From NCBI GenBank assembly GCA_902631395.1, contig CACOYM010000009.1:8502-72501 (forward strand): DNA of 64,000 nucleotides, written 5' to 3'. The stretch is from Halieaceae bacterium. GTDB lineage: Bacteria; Pseudomonadota; Gammaproteobacteria; Pseudomonadales; Halieaceae. This document shows, in pieces, positions 40,941 through 49,821 of this stretch. The notes under the pieces were generated by a model. That model saw only the letters and a program-made list of their open reading frames with translations, made no database searches and was not told the origin of the DNA. Each line of letters opens with the position of its first letter. Position 1 is the stretch's first letter. The position numbers and the translations under genes were made by a program.

Positions 40941-41157
40941 TAAGCGATTCCTGTCCTGACTTCTTTAGGCAATAGGGCATCTATCAGAAAGCGCAGAATG
41001 ATAAGGCTTCTCACAGGCCAATGACAGGTTGAAACTAGCGCTCGTAACTTTTTGTCATAGCAGCTTGGGACTGCCTCGCCTGATGACCTGTTCTAGTATC
41101 GCGGGCATAATCCGCAGCATGGCTTAGCCGCAAACTGGGATAGTAGGAGTTACCACC

Positions 41158-41580
41158 ATGTCAGAACCTTTTCGCGGCACGATCAAGGTGCGTTTCGCCG
41201 ATACCGACGCCAACGGCCACGCGTTTTTTGGCAGTTATTTTGTTTTCGCGGATGAAGTGCTGGGCGAGTATTGGAAAGAGCTGGGCCTCGATGTATCAGA
41301 TGTAGTGGGGCCTGATTTTTTAACTTTTACCGTTAACGCCAACATAGACTTTTTGGGAGAGAGTTTGGCGGGTGACACGCTGGCGGTTGAGATCAAATCG
41401 GAGAGAGTTGGGAACTCCAGCGTCGTCATGGGTTTCACAATGCATAACCTGCGCACCAGAGAGATTGTAGGTCGTGGCAGTTTCACCTACGTGTTCGTGG
41501 ATAAAAGTACACGAAAGAGCTGCTCTATTCCCGCCGAATTCAAAGCATCGATTTTAGCGCGCCATCCCGAATTGGCCTGA
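41158..41580 (+). CDS. Acyl-CoA thioesterase (hotdog, 4HBT family)
   Basis: VRFADTDANGH, RVGNSS, YVFVD. Confidence 0.85.
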   Translation: MSEPFRGTIKVRFADTDANGHAFFGSYFVFADEVLGEYWKELGLDVSDVVGPDFLTFTVNANIDFLGESLAGDTLAVEIKSERVGNSSVVMGFTMHNLRTREIVGRGSFTYVFVDKSTRKSCSIPAEFKASILARHPELA

Positions 41581-41652
41581 TTACGCTGCGATCGCGCTTT
41601 GATTCATTAGATCAATCCACCACACTTTGTCGTGGCTAATGGGTAGCGAGAA

Positions 41653-42231
41653 ATGAACGTTCGCACAAAAAATACACATCAGGACAAAGGCCTGGTGCTT
41701 GTGCTGCAGGATTTGCATGCTTCGGCGCCAGTGCAACTGCAAGCCAAGTCCAGCTATGAGGCGGCCCACGACTACTGTTGGTCGGCATTGGTATTATCTG
41801 CTGCTTTTGGCTTTCGGGTGTCCCCCGGGCATCAATACTATCTGTACTGGGTAGAGTCTCGGTGGAAGCTATCCCTGATATCTCCTGAGGAGTGGGGTCG
41901 ACGTCAGCCTGGCGCATTCGTAGCACGTTGTGAATTGCGTCACGATATGACCTGGGCTCTGGCGTTTGACAAAACCGTTACGGAAGGTTCCGAGGCTCAC
42001 GGTGCGTTACTGCGGTACCTCGAAGGCATTCGCTCGCAGCTAGAGTCTTTGGGCAGTTGGAGTGCGTTACTGCGACAAGGAGAACGTCACTTGCCCTACC
42101 AGCAACGGGTTTTGACAACGGCACTGTCGTCGTCATTACGTCAATCATTGGTGCTCAGCGGCCAAACGGGGGCTCCGCTCAGTGTACCCCTGCTCACGGA
42201 GTCGTTAAGCGTACCGAACGACCCGTCCTAA
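41653..42231 (+). CDS. Hypothetical protein, DUF2452-like
   Basis: SAAFGFRVSPGHQYYLY...LSLISPEEW...L..DMTW pattern. Confidence 0.6.
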   Translation: MNVRTKNTHQDKGLVLVLQDLHASAPVQLQAKSSYEAAHDYCWSALVLSAAFGFRVSPGHQYYLYWVESRWKLSLISPEEWGRRQPGAFVARCELRHDMTWALAFDKTVTEGSEAHGALLRYLEGIRSQLESLGSWSALLRQGERHLPYQQRVLTTALSSSLRQSLVLSGQTGAPLSVPLLTESLSVPNDPS

Positions 42232-42302
42232 TTTGAATTTTCGCCTGGTCCAGATTTCGCCCGCAGTCGATTGCGGCACCCCCTAGAGCCCTGATCGCCC
42301 AG

Positions 42303-43475
42303 TCATTGAGAGTCGGCATACAATTCTCTACCCACCAACATGCGCCTGATCTCGGAAGTACCCGCGCCTATCTCATAAAGCTTGGCATCGCGAAGTAGCC
42401 TCCCTGTCGGGTATTCGTTGATATACCCGTTGCCGCCGAGCAATTGAATGGCATCAAGTGCCGATTGCGTAGCAGCTTCTGCGGTATAAAGGATGACGGC
42501 GGCGGCATCCTTGCGACTATTTTCGCCACGGTCTAGGGCCTCGCAAACTGCATATAAATAGGCGCGACTTGCGGAGCATCGTGCGTACATATCTGCCAAC
42601 TTGCCCTGCACGAGCTGAAACTCACCAATGGGTTGCCCGAACTGCTCCCGGTTATGCACGTAGGGCAACACGGTATCTAGGCAGGCCTGTAAAATGCCAA
42701 CTGGGCCACCTGACAAGACGGCGCGCTCGTAATCCAGACCTGACATCAAGACCTTGACGCCGCTTCCTATGCCCCCCAAGACCTGGCTTCCATGCACCTT
42801 GCAGTTCTCAAACACTAGTTCACAGGTATTGGATCCCCGCATACCCAACTTGTCGAGCTTGGGCGAGCGTGAGAACCCTGTTGTGTTGCGCTCTACGATA
42901 AAAGCGGTAATGCCCTTGGAGCCCGCGGCCGCCTCAGTTTTTGCGTAGATGACATAGACGTCCGCATCCGGCCCGTTAGTGATCCACATTTTATTGCCGG
43001 TGAGAACCCAATGTTCACCTTCGCGCGTTGCCTGCAGACGCATGCTGACGACGTCTGAGCCGGCATTGGGTTCAGACATGGCTAGGGCTCCAATGTGTTC
43101 TCCGCTGCAAAGCTTCGGAAGGTAGTGCTGTTTTTGTTCTTCGTTACCATTAAGCCGTATTTGGTTCAGGCAAAGGTTGGAATGGGCGCCATAGGACAGC
43201 CCTACCGAAGCACTAGCGCGGGATATTTCCTCCATTGCGATGGCATGGGCGAGATAGCCCATGCCGCTGCCACCGTAAGTGTCAGGTATGGTGATGCCCA
43301 GCAAGCCAAGGCTTCCCATTTTTTCCCACAGGTCGCGCGGAAATTCATTATCGCGATCAATATCCGCGGCACGTGGCGCGATCTCGTCGGTGGCGAATTG
43401 TTGGACGCTCTCGCGGAGAAGGCCTATTTCCTCCGAGTGGCCGTATTGTAGGGTGGGATAGGGTGTGAACATCAT
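42303..43475 (-). CDS. ivd: Isovaleryl-CoA dehydrogenase
   Basis: [58 protein letters not shown]. Confidence 0.92.
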   Translation of the reverse strand: MMFTPYPTLQYGHSEEIGLLRESVQQFATDEIAPRAADIDRDNEFPRDLWEKMGSLGLLGITIPDTYGGSGMGYLAHAIAMEEISRASASVGLSYGAHSNLCLNQIRLNGNEEQKQHYLPKLCSGEHIGALAMSEPNAGSDVVSMRLQATREGEHWVLTGNKMWITNGPDADVYVIYAKTEAAAGSKGITAFIVERNTTGFSRSPKLDKLGMRGSNTCELVFENCKVHGSQVLGGIGSGVKVLMSGLDYERAVLSGGPVGILQACLDTVLPYVHNREQFGQPIGEFQLVQGKLADMYARCSASRAYLYAVCEALDRGENSRKDAAAVILYTAEAATQSALDAIQLLGGNGYINEYPTGRLLRDAKLYEIGAGTSEIRRMLVGRELYADSQ

Positions 43476-43770
43476 TGTGACATCTCTAGAAAACAGTTTG
43501 CGCTGCCTCGCTACGGTAGAAGGTGATCAGTATATACGGAGCCGTCTTGCCAGTTGGAGCTTGAATCTTGACGGCGCTTTGCACATTAATGCTTGCGATA
43601 CGGGTTGAGCTCACGGTGCGCTGATTGCGGCACTTGCGTATGGTGCAGAGATCAACAACTCGGGATGGTATGCGAGATAAATCAATCTATCAAAACTACG
43701 CCTTTTCGACTACAGACCGGGAGGGAAACTCCGGGGGCAAAGGTTCCGATCTATTAAGGTGGGTGATGTG

Positions 43771-44259
43771 ATGACGACACGAAAAATTTTGAAGTTTGGT
43801 CACACCGTGACGGGGATGGCGTTTCTTGGAGCCATCATCGTACTGTGGATATTCCATCAGCATCTGGCAGCACCGGGCGACTCCCTCGATATCTACATTG
43901 CCCAGCGCCAGTTGATGGAGCGCATTTCAACGCTCGTGCTGATGCCCTCATTGTTGATGAGTTTGCTGTTTGGGCTTTTATCGATGGCAATGGTGCAGCG
44001 TTTTCACGGTGCCCCTTGGGTATGGGGCAAGCTCTTGACGACCGTCCTGATGCTGGAGGGAAGCTTGCTGGGTATTCAGAGTCCGACCAAAAAAGAAGCT
44101 GCGCTTGCTGCATCGGCGCTTTCCGATGAGAGCTTGGTCGCGGGGCTAGCCCTGAAGGTCGATGCGGAGCAGTGGTCGCTGATTATGATTGGGTTCGTGG
44201 CAACCGCGAATGTCGCACTAGGAGTGTGGCGGCCGCGATTTCGTTCGAAAGCTAGTTGA
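43771..44259 (+). CDS. Integral membrane protein (DUF2269-like)
   Basis: Four hydrophobic segments, LKFGH, PWVWGKL, ends LGVWRPR. Confidence 0.6.
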   Translation: MTTRKILKFGHTVTGMAFLGAIIVLWIFHQHLAAPGDSLDIYIAQRQLMERISTLVLMPSLLMSLLFGLLSMAMVQRFHGAPWVWGKLLTTVLMLEGSLLGIQSPTKKEAALAASALSDESLVAGLALKVDAEQWSLIMIGFVATANVALGVWRPRFRSKAS

Positions 44260-44743
44260 GCGTTCGGAACATAAGAGCTAGTCGCTTACCGCGACTCAAA
44301 TTCTCAAGAAATTCGCGCGGTTGGGCATCGCGGTTGAGGAAATTTGAAAAGCCGATAAGCGTCTCTACTTCAATATCGTCAAGGTTCATAAACCCCATCT
44401 GCCAATCGGAAAACTCGCGCTCGTCGGTAGCACCGTCGAACAATATTTGCACGGAATGATGGCGGGGATCACGCTCGATCTCAGCGAAGGTTCTTTTGAC
44501 ATCTGCTTCACTGCCTTCCAATATCTGGAAGAAGGAGCCCTCCCTATACAACAGCAACCCCGTTACGTTACGTTCGCTATTTACGCGACGGGCGTTTTCC
44601 AGGAGCTCAACGAGATTGGCGCTTGAGAACGGATTAGTCTCCGTACTGACGTAACCTAGATGATAGAGCGTCTCGGCGGCGACCCTTAGATCTGCTGCGT
44701 CGGTTTGCTGGGCGTCAGCGGTTGAGGGGTTCTGCTCTGTCAT
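44252..44743 (-). CDS. Short BLUF blue-light photoreceptor
   Basis: YVS...ARRVN...VTGLLL...FFQILEG...DPRH...REFSDWQMG with conserved Tyr, Gln and Trp/Met. Confidence 0.92.
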   Translation of the reverse strand: MTEQNPSTADAQQTDAADLRVAAETLYHLGYVSTETNPFSSANLVELLENARRVNSERNVTGLLLYREGSFFQILEGSEADVKRTFAEIERDPRHHSVQILFDGATDEREFSDWQMGFMNLDDIEVETLIGFSNFLNRDAQPREFLENLSRGKRLALMFRTLN

Positions 44744-44780
44744 GCCCGAGGTATCCCTTTAAGAAACCGTTGCTGGCTAA

Positions 44781-44865
44781 CGTTATGCCCCCTTGACACC
44801 AGCTTGCTTGCTAGCGCCTTGATAGTCAAATAAAATTGACATAAGTTTGCTAAAAAGAATAGACA
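44781..44865. promoter_or_regulatory. Cluster of PpsR/CrtJ-like boxes (TGT-N12-ACA) between BLUF and acsF
   Basis: AGTCAAATAAAATTGACA 44824-44841, TGCTAAAAAGAATAGACA 44848-44865, CGTTATGCCCCCTTGACA 44781-44798; each one mismatch from TGT-N12-ACA. Confidence 0.55.
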
Positions 44866-44955
44866 GCTTTGCGTTAAAGCGGCCACGGTTCGATTAGTGA
44901 AGAAGTATCGCAGGTGCTGGTATAAGTCTTTTTGATGATCTTCCGGGGGGAAGCC

Positions 44956-46023
44956 ATGAACCAAGCAACAGACTCCGAGGCGGCAGTGAATCTCACGACG
45001 CAGCAGGCACTCGAGAGCCAGCCGCTGGCACCTCGGTTTTACCGTACCGATTACGCGGCGATGGAGCACATCGACGTTGAGCCCGTGCGCGGTGAGTGGG
45101 AGCTCATGATGCGCGATTTCGAGATGGACAAGAACCGGGGCCATTTCAAAAAAAACTATGACTATGATCCAAATGTTCTGGAATCCGATCCCGAACTGAA
45201 AGAGGAATTCCTCGACCTCTTGGTATCTTCGATCACTGCAGAGTATTCGGGGTGTGTCCTGTATCAGGAAATTGAAAAAAACGTTAGTAACCCCGACATT
45301 GCCAACCTGATGCGCTACATGGCACGCGATGAGTCGCGTCATGCGGGCTTCATTAACAAAGCATTGAAGAAGTTGGGTGTTGCAGTGGATCTGGGCGTCT
45401 TGAAGCGCGAGAAGGAATATACCTACTTCAAACCTAAATACATTTACTATGCGACGTATCTGTCCGAAAAAATTGGCTATGCGCGTTACATCACAATTTA
45501 CCGTCATCTGGAGCGGCATCCCGAAAAGCGTTTTCATCCCATATTCAAATGGTTTTTAGAGTGGTGTAACGATGAATTTGCGCACGGCGAGGCCCTCGCA
45601 TTGATAATGCGCTCCGACCCAAAGCTGCTCAGCGGCGTCAACAAGTTATGGATACGTTTTTTCCTCCTAGCCGTTTACTCGACCATGTATGTAAGAGACC
45701 ATTCCAGACCCAAGCTTTATGAAGCCTTCGGGATGGATGTCACTGAGTTCGATTACACCGTATTTGATATCACCACCGAAATTTCTCGGCAGGTCTTCCC
45801 CCTCACGCTGAATACCGACGACTCGCGCTTCCGCACAGGGTTGGAAAAGATGCGGAGGCTTCAGCTCGCCCGCAATGCACTTGAAGAGCAGCGAGGTCCG
45901 CTGGTCACGCTTAAGAAGTTGGTTTACATGGTGGGTTCAGGACTGACCTTCGCTCGACTTTTTCTGCTGCCGACGCAACCCAATGTGATTCCCGATCAGG
46001 TCAGGATGCAACCTGCCTGGTGA
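44956..46023 (+). CDS. acsF: Mg-protoporphyrin IX monomethyl ester oxidative cyclase
   Basis: LAPRFYRTD, TAEYSGCVLY, MARDESRHAGF, YATYLSEKIGYARYITIYRHL, WCNDE..HG. Confidence 0.96.
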   Translation: MNQATDSEAAVNLTTQQALESQPLAPRFYRTDYAAMEHIDVEPVRGEWELMMRDFEMDKNRGHFKKNYDYDPNVLESDPELKEEFLDLLVSSITAEYSGCVLYQEIEKNVSNPDIANLMRYMARDESRHAGFINKALKKLGVAVDLGVLKREKEYTYFKPKYIYYATYLSEKIGYARYITIYRHLERHPEKRFHPIFKWFLEWCNDEFAHGEALALIMRSDPKLLSGVNKLWIRFFLLAVYSTMYVRDHSRPKLYEAFGMDVTEFDYTVFDITTEISRQVFPLTLNTDDSRFRTGLEKMRRLQLARNALEEQRGPLVTLKKLVYMVGSGLTFARLFLLPTQPNVIPDQVRMQPAW

Positions 46024-46153
46024 TGAACTGACTTACGCCGCGCTTCTTGTGCGGCCCACAGTGCCGGACTTTCCCAGAGTCAGATGACTTGATTCGACAG
46101 GCTTGTTCTCATTCATCCGGGTCTGATACGTTGCACCCACTCATCAATAAGGA

Positions 46154-46933
46154 TTGCTCGTGTCTGTTATTGAAGTCCGCGAAAAGGCGGGTGTTGCCCT
46201 AGTTACCTTGAATCGCCCTAGCGCCAACAATGCGCTAAATCGCGAGTTGACGGCGGCCATTATTGCGACGTTTACTGCGCTTGCTGCATCGGAGACGATC
46301 AGAGCTATCGTGCTGACCGGAGCAGGCCGAGCTTTTTGCGCGGGCGTTGACCTTAAGGCACTGACTGACGAGCCAGAGTTGCTGTCGAGGGGGCTGGGAT
46401 TAGGTCCGCAATCGCCGATTGTGGTGGCCGTGGAGCAGTGTCCTCAACCGATAATTGGTGCGGTCAACGGCGCCGCCGTGACCGGCGGGTTCGAGTTAGC
46501 ACTGGCCTGTGATTTCCTGTTTGCGAGTGAGCATGCGCGATTCGCTGATACGCACGCACGTGTTGGTATTCTGCCGGGCTGGGGCCTGTCGCAAAAGCTG
46601 TCGCGTCTTATTGGCATCAACCGTGCTCGTGAAATAAGTCTTACAGGCAACTTTGTTGACGCGCATCGTGCGGAAGCCTGGGGTTTGGTCAATCGGGTCT
46701 GTTCCGCCGAAGAATTGGTAGAAGAAGCATTGGCGAGCGCTGCGCAGATTGCCGAGGCCGACCCTGACACGGTTGTTGCGCTGAAATCGCTCATGAATGA
46801 TGGCGCTAAAGAGTCGTTAGGAGAAGCACTGGAGATAGAGGGTGACCGGGGTAACGCGTTTGCCAAAACTGTCGATTACAGTCAGATGGCCGGTCGTTTG
46901 GCCTCGTTACGGCAGCGCGCAGCCAAACAATAA
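46154..46933 (+). CDS. Enoyl-CoA hydratase/isomerase
   Basis: TLNRP, AFCAGVDL, AVTGGFELALACD, FADTHARVG. Confidence 0.9.
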   Translation: MLVSVIEVREKAGVALVTLNRPSANNALNRELTAAIIATFTALAASETIRAIVLTGAGRAFCAGVDLKALTDEPELLSRGLGLGPQSPIVVAVEQCPQPIIGAVNGAAVTGGFELALACDFLFASEHARFADTHARVGILPGWGLSQKLSRLIGINRAREISLTGNFVDAHRAEAWGLVNRVCSAEELVEEALASAAQIAEADPDTVVALKSLMNDGAKESLGEALEIEGDRGNAFAKTVDYSQMAGRLASLRQRAAKQ

Positions 46934-47044
46934 TTTTTTTATGCTTGAATGACGCGTAGCCTTGTCTGCTACCTCGATTATCCAATGACGATCTGGAACA
47001 TGACGCGGCTGCATGGTTGTCCGGTGCATGGTTGAAGGAGATCA

Positions 47045-47683
47045 ATGGCCGTGAGCGTCCGTTTTCGACTAACAGACAAGGCGATTAAAAAGTCCCTCGA
47101 CGCGCTTTCAGTTCAATCCGACGAGATTGCGAGTGCGCTGACAGCGGTGGGCTACCCCTCGTCCCGCCGCCGAGAACACTCTTTTGGATCGCTTGCCCGC
47201 ATTGTTGTTGGGCAGCAGCTTTCTACAAAAGCGGCGGCGACCATCAGCCATAGAACGGTTAATGCGCTGGGTGGTGCGTGGCGCCCTGAAGCGGTGCTCA
47301 GTGCCGCATCCGAGACACTGCGTGCTGCCGGTTTGTCGCAACAGAAAGCGGGCTACTTGCAATCGCTTGCCGATGCAGTCCTCTCTGGATCTCTCTCCCT
47401 AGATGTCCTCGCACAACAATCGGATCAGGAGGTGGAAGCTGCTATCACGGCGATTCGTGGGTTCGGTCGCTGGTCAGCGCACATGTATATGATGTTCGCC
47501 TTGGGTCGACCCGATATCTGGCCCAGCGGTGACCTTGCTGTGCGCGTTGGATTTGGGCGCATCATGGGTTGGCCTGATCGACCCACAGAACGAACTGTGA
47601 TCATCGAAGGCGCCGCTTTTGCGCCACACCGGAGTGCGCTAGCGCTGCTCTGTTGGCATTACTACACCGAGGCGCGGTTGTGA
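47045..47683 (+). CDS. DNA-3-methyladenine glycosylase II family (AlkA-like)
   Basis: IVVGQQLSTKAA, GLSQQK, HhH IRGFGRWSA, RPDIWPSGDL. Confidence 0.88.
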   Translation: MAVSVRFRLTDKAIKKSLDALSVQSDEIASALTAVGYPSSRRREHSFGSLARIVVGQQLSTKAAATISHRTVNALGGAWRPEAVLSAASETLRAAGLSQQKAGYLQSLADAVLSGSLSLDVLAQQSDQEVEAAITAIRGFGRWSAHMYMMFALGRPDIWPSGDLAVRVGFGRIMGWPDRPTERTVIIEGAAFAPHRSALALLCWHYYTEARL

Positions 47684-48168
47684 GCTTTACCGATTGGGAT
47701 GAGCGTTGCATGGCGCTGGCGCTCCGAGAGGCGATGTGGGCTGCTGATCGAGGCGAGGTGCCGGTTGGCGCGGTCTTGAGCCGGGGATCAGATGTGCTAG
47801 CGCACTGCGGTAACGCGCAAATTGACCTGAGTGATCCGACGGCTCACGCTGAAATCCGCGTGCTAAGAGAGGCGGGGGTCCGCGAGGGAAATTACCGACT
47901 GCCCGAGACAACTCTATACGTCACGCTTGAGCCTTGCACAATGTGCTGTGGAGCGTTGGTGCACGCGCGTGTCAGTAACATCATTTTTGCTGCTCGAGAG
48001 CCTCGCGCTGGCGCAGTGGTCAGTTCGGCCGCCATCTTGGATCACCCTGCCCTGAATCATACGGTCGCCTGGCAAGAAGGGTTGCTATCAGACGAGAGTG
48101 CCGCCTTATTGCAGAATTTTTTCAGGGAACGGCGCGTCGCGCACTGTCTTGATAAGCCGCTGGCCTAG
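47680..48168 (+). CDS. tadA: tRNA adenosine(34) deaminase
   Basis: GEVPVGAV, DPTAHAEI, NYRL, LYVTLEPCTMC; next to mltF-purL. Confidence 0.93.
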   Translation: MSFTDWDERCMALALREAMWAADRGEVPVGAVLSRGSDVLAHCGNAQIDLSDPTAHAEIRVLREAGVREGNYRLPETTLYVTLEPCTMCCGALVHARVSNIIFAAREPRAGAVVSSAAILDHPALNHTVAWQEGLLSDESAALLQNFFRERRVAHCLDKPLA

Positions 48169-48226
48169 GAAGCGCGCGAAAAGCATCGCAATAGCCTCGC
48201 CCTAGGCAGTGTTGCAGTATTAGTCA

Positions 48227-49666
48227 CTAGAGGACAGGTGATGTCGTGTCGCTGAGTGATGCTGGTAAAAGGGTGTTCAACTGGATCGGCGGTGCTATGC
48301 GTTGGTTGGGCAATCCCTGTAGGGCCAGCATTCCTTCATAGTGTCGGATATTGTCGACGTACGTGACGGCCGTGGCGCCGTCTGCAAACCCGAACTTGGT
48401 TCTGGGAAAAAAATCAGGGTTCTGTAGCTTAGGGAGATGAGCGCGGACATCTGGCCACATATGGGGGTCTCCACCAGAGCGCTCGGTGAGCACCCGCGCA
48501 TCCTCCAAATGACCCATACCAATATTGTAGGCGGCCAGTGCCATAGAGGTCCGGTTGGGCTCTTCGATATCAGCCGGTAGCCGGCGCAACAAATCTTTAA
48601 AAAACCGCGCGCCGCCGCGCAAACTTTGCTGTGCGTCTGTGCGGTCATCGATGCCCAGCTCTGCCGCGGTAACCCGGGTCAGCATCATCATCCCGCGTAC
48701 ACCAGTGTGTGAGCGCGCCTCAGGATTCCAATGGGATTCCTGATAGGCCATGGCTGCCAGCAAGCGCCAGTCCATCTGGTATTCGATGGCGACTTCCTCA
48801 AGCAGTGCCTGCCACTCAGGAAGGTTGTCACGCATTTTGCGCTGGAAGGTCAACGACGCGACGCGCGACACGTTATCATAACGTTCAAAGTGCTCCCGTT
48901 CTAATTGTGCAAGAAAGCCGGAGGCTTTCTTGTCAGCGATGAACGCATTCACTATTGCCAATGTTTTTTCGGCGTGAATAGAAGGAGGAAGATACCAGAC
49001 GACGGGCGTCACGTCGCCGATTTCCATCGCTGATACCACTCGTGGGAAAAGAGTTTGCTGCAGCTTAAATTCCGTCGAATCTACAATGGCTAGGTCTGCC
49101 TCCTCGTCCGTAATAAGTTGCATAAGTTCTAATGAGTCAGCGGCATGGATTTCCCGCCAAGACAGAGTCGGAAAGTCCTGTCTCAAGGCGCTGAGTATTT
49201 CCACGTGGGCACTACCTGCAACAACAATAATGTCTCTCGCGAGCAGATCATCGAGGGCTCTGGGACGGTGGGTTCCTGATTTGTAGACAACCAGGGGTTG
49301 TTGCTCCAGATAGGCCGTCGTCGATAGAAATTTTGCGTCTCGCGAAGGGCTCCGGCTCAGGGCGGCCGCTGCAAGATGCGCTTCACCCGTCGCTAGCATC
49401 CTAAACAGTTCTGGCAGACTGAATGCGACCTTGATGCGGAGCGACAGCTCTTGCTCAAGCGCGAACTGCCGGATCAGGGCATAGTCGAAACCCGAGGCAC
49501 GGTCACCCTTAAAATAATAACTTGTGGGGGTGTTGCGAGTCACTACCACCAATTCGTCAGTTGTCTCAAGAGGAGCCAATTTTGAGGAATCGGTGCATCC
49601 AAGCAGTAGTGCTATGAGCATGCCGATCGGGGGTGCGAGGCGGAGAACTGTTGCTGACCATGCCAT
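48227..49666 (-). CDS. mltF: Membrane-bound lytic murein transglycosylase F
   Basis: SBP domain plus SLT motifs LAAMAYQESHW, GVRGMMMLT, ALAAYNIG; start near 49666 (track start 50089 overlaps purL). Confidence 0.9.
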   Translation of the reverse strand: MAWSATVLRLAPPIGMLIALLLGCTDSSKLAPLETTDELVVVTRNTPTSYYFKGDRASGFDYALIRQFALEQELSLRIKVAFSLPELFRMLATGEAHLAAAALSRSPSRDAKFLSTTAYLEQQPLVVYKSGTHRPRALDDLLARDIIVVAGSAHVEILSALRQDFPTLSWREIHAADSLELMQLITDEEADLAIVDSTEFKLQQTLFPRVVSAMEIGDVTPVVWYLPPSIHAEKTLAIVNAFIADKKASGFLAQLEREHFERYDNVSRVASLTFQRKMRDNLPEWQALLEEVAIEYQMDWRLLAAMAYQESHWNPEARSHTGVRGMMMLTRVTAAELGIDDRTDAQQSLRGGARFFKDLLRRLPADIEEPNRTSMALAAYNIGMGHLEDARVLTERSGGDPHMWPDVRAHLPKLQNPDFFPRTKFGFADGATAVTYVDNIRHYEGMLALQGLPNQRIAPPIQLNTLLPASLSDTTSPVL

Positions 49667-49821
49667 CGGCTGATTGTAGGCCGACATAAGCCGGGGCGAT
49701 AGATGGGTCACCGGATGTGTGGGTGTCGGAGCAGTGTTTTTTGTCACTGTTTTTGCGTCAAGCATGCATGCCGGACAGTTGCCGCGGTATACTGCTTTCG
49801 CGCTTATTTCAGGAATTTCAG

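Noticed and set aside
44740-45537. 265-aa antisense ORF over acsF
   Set aside because: Shadow frame of a well-conserved gene; no motifs
47680-48168. tadA as part of the Tad pilus system
   Set aside because: Name collision: this is the tRNA adenosine deaminase (HAE, PCxxC)
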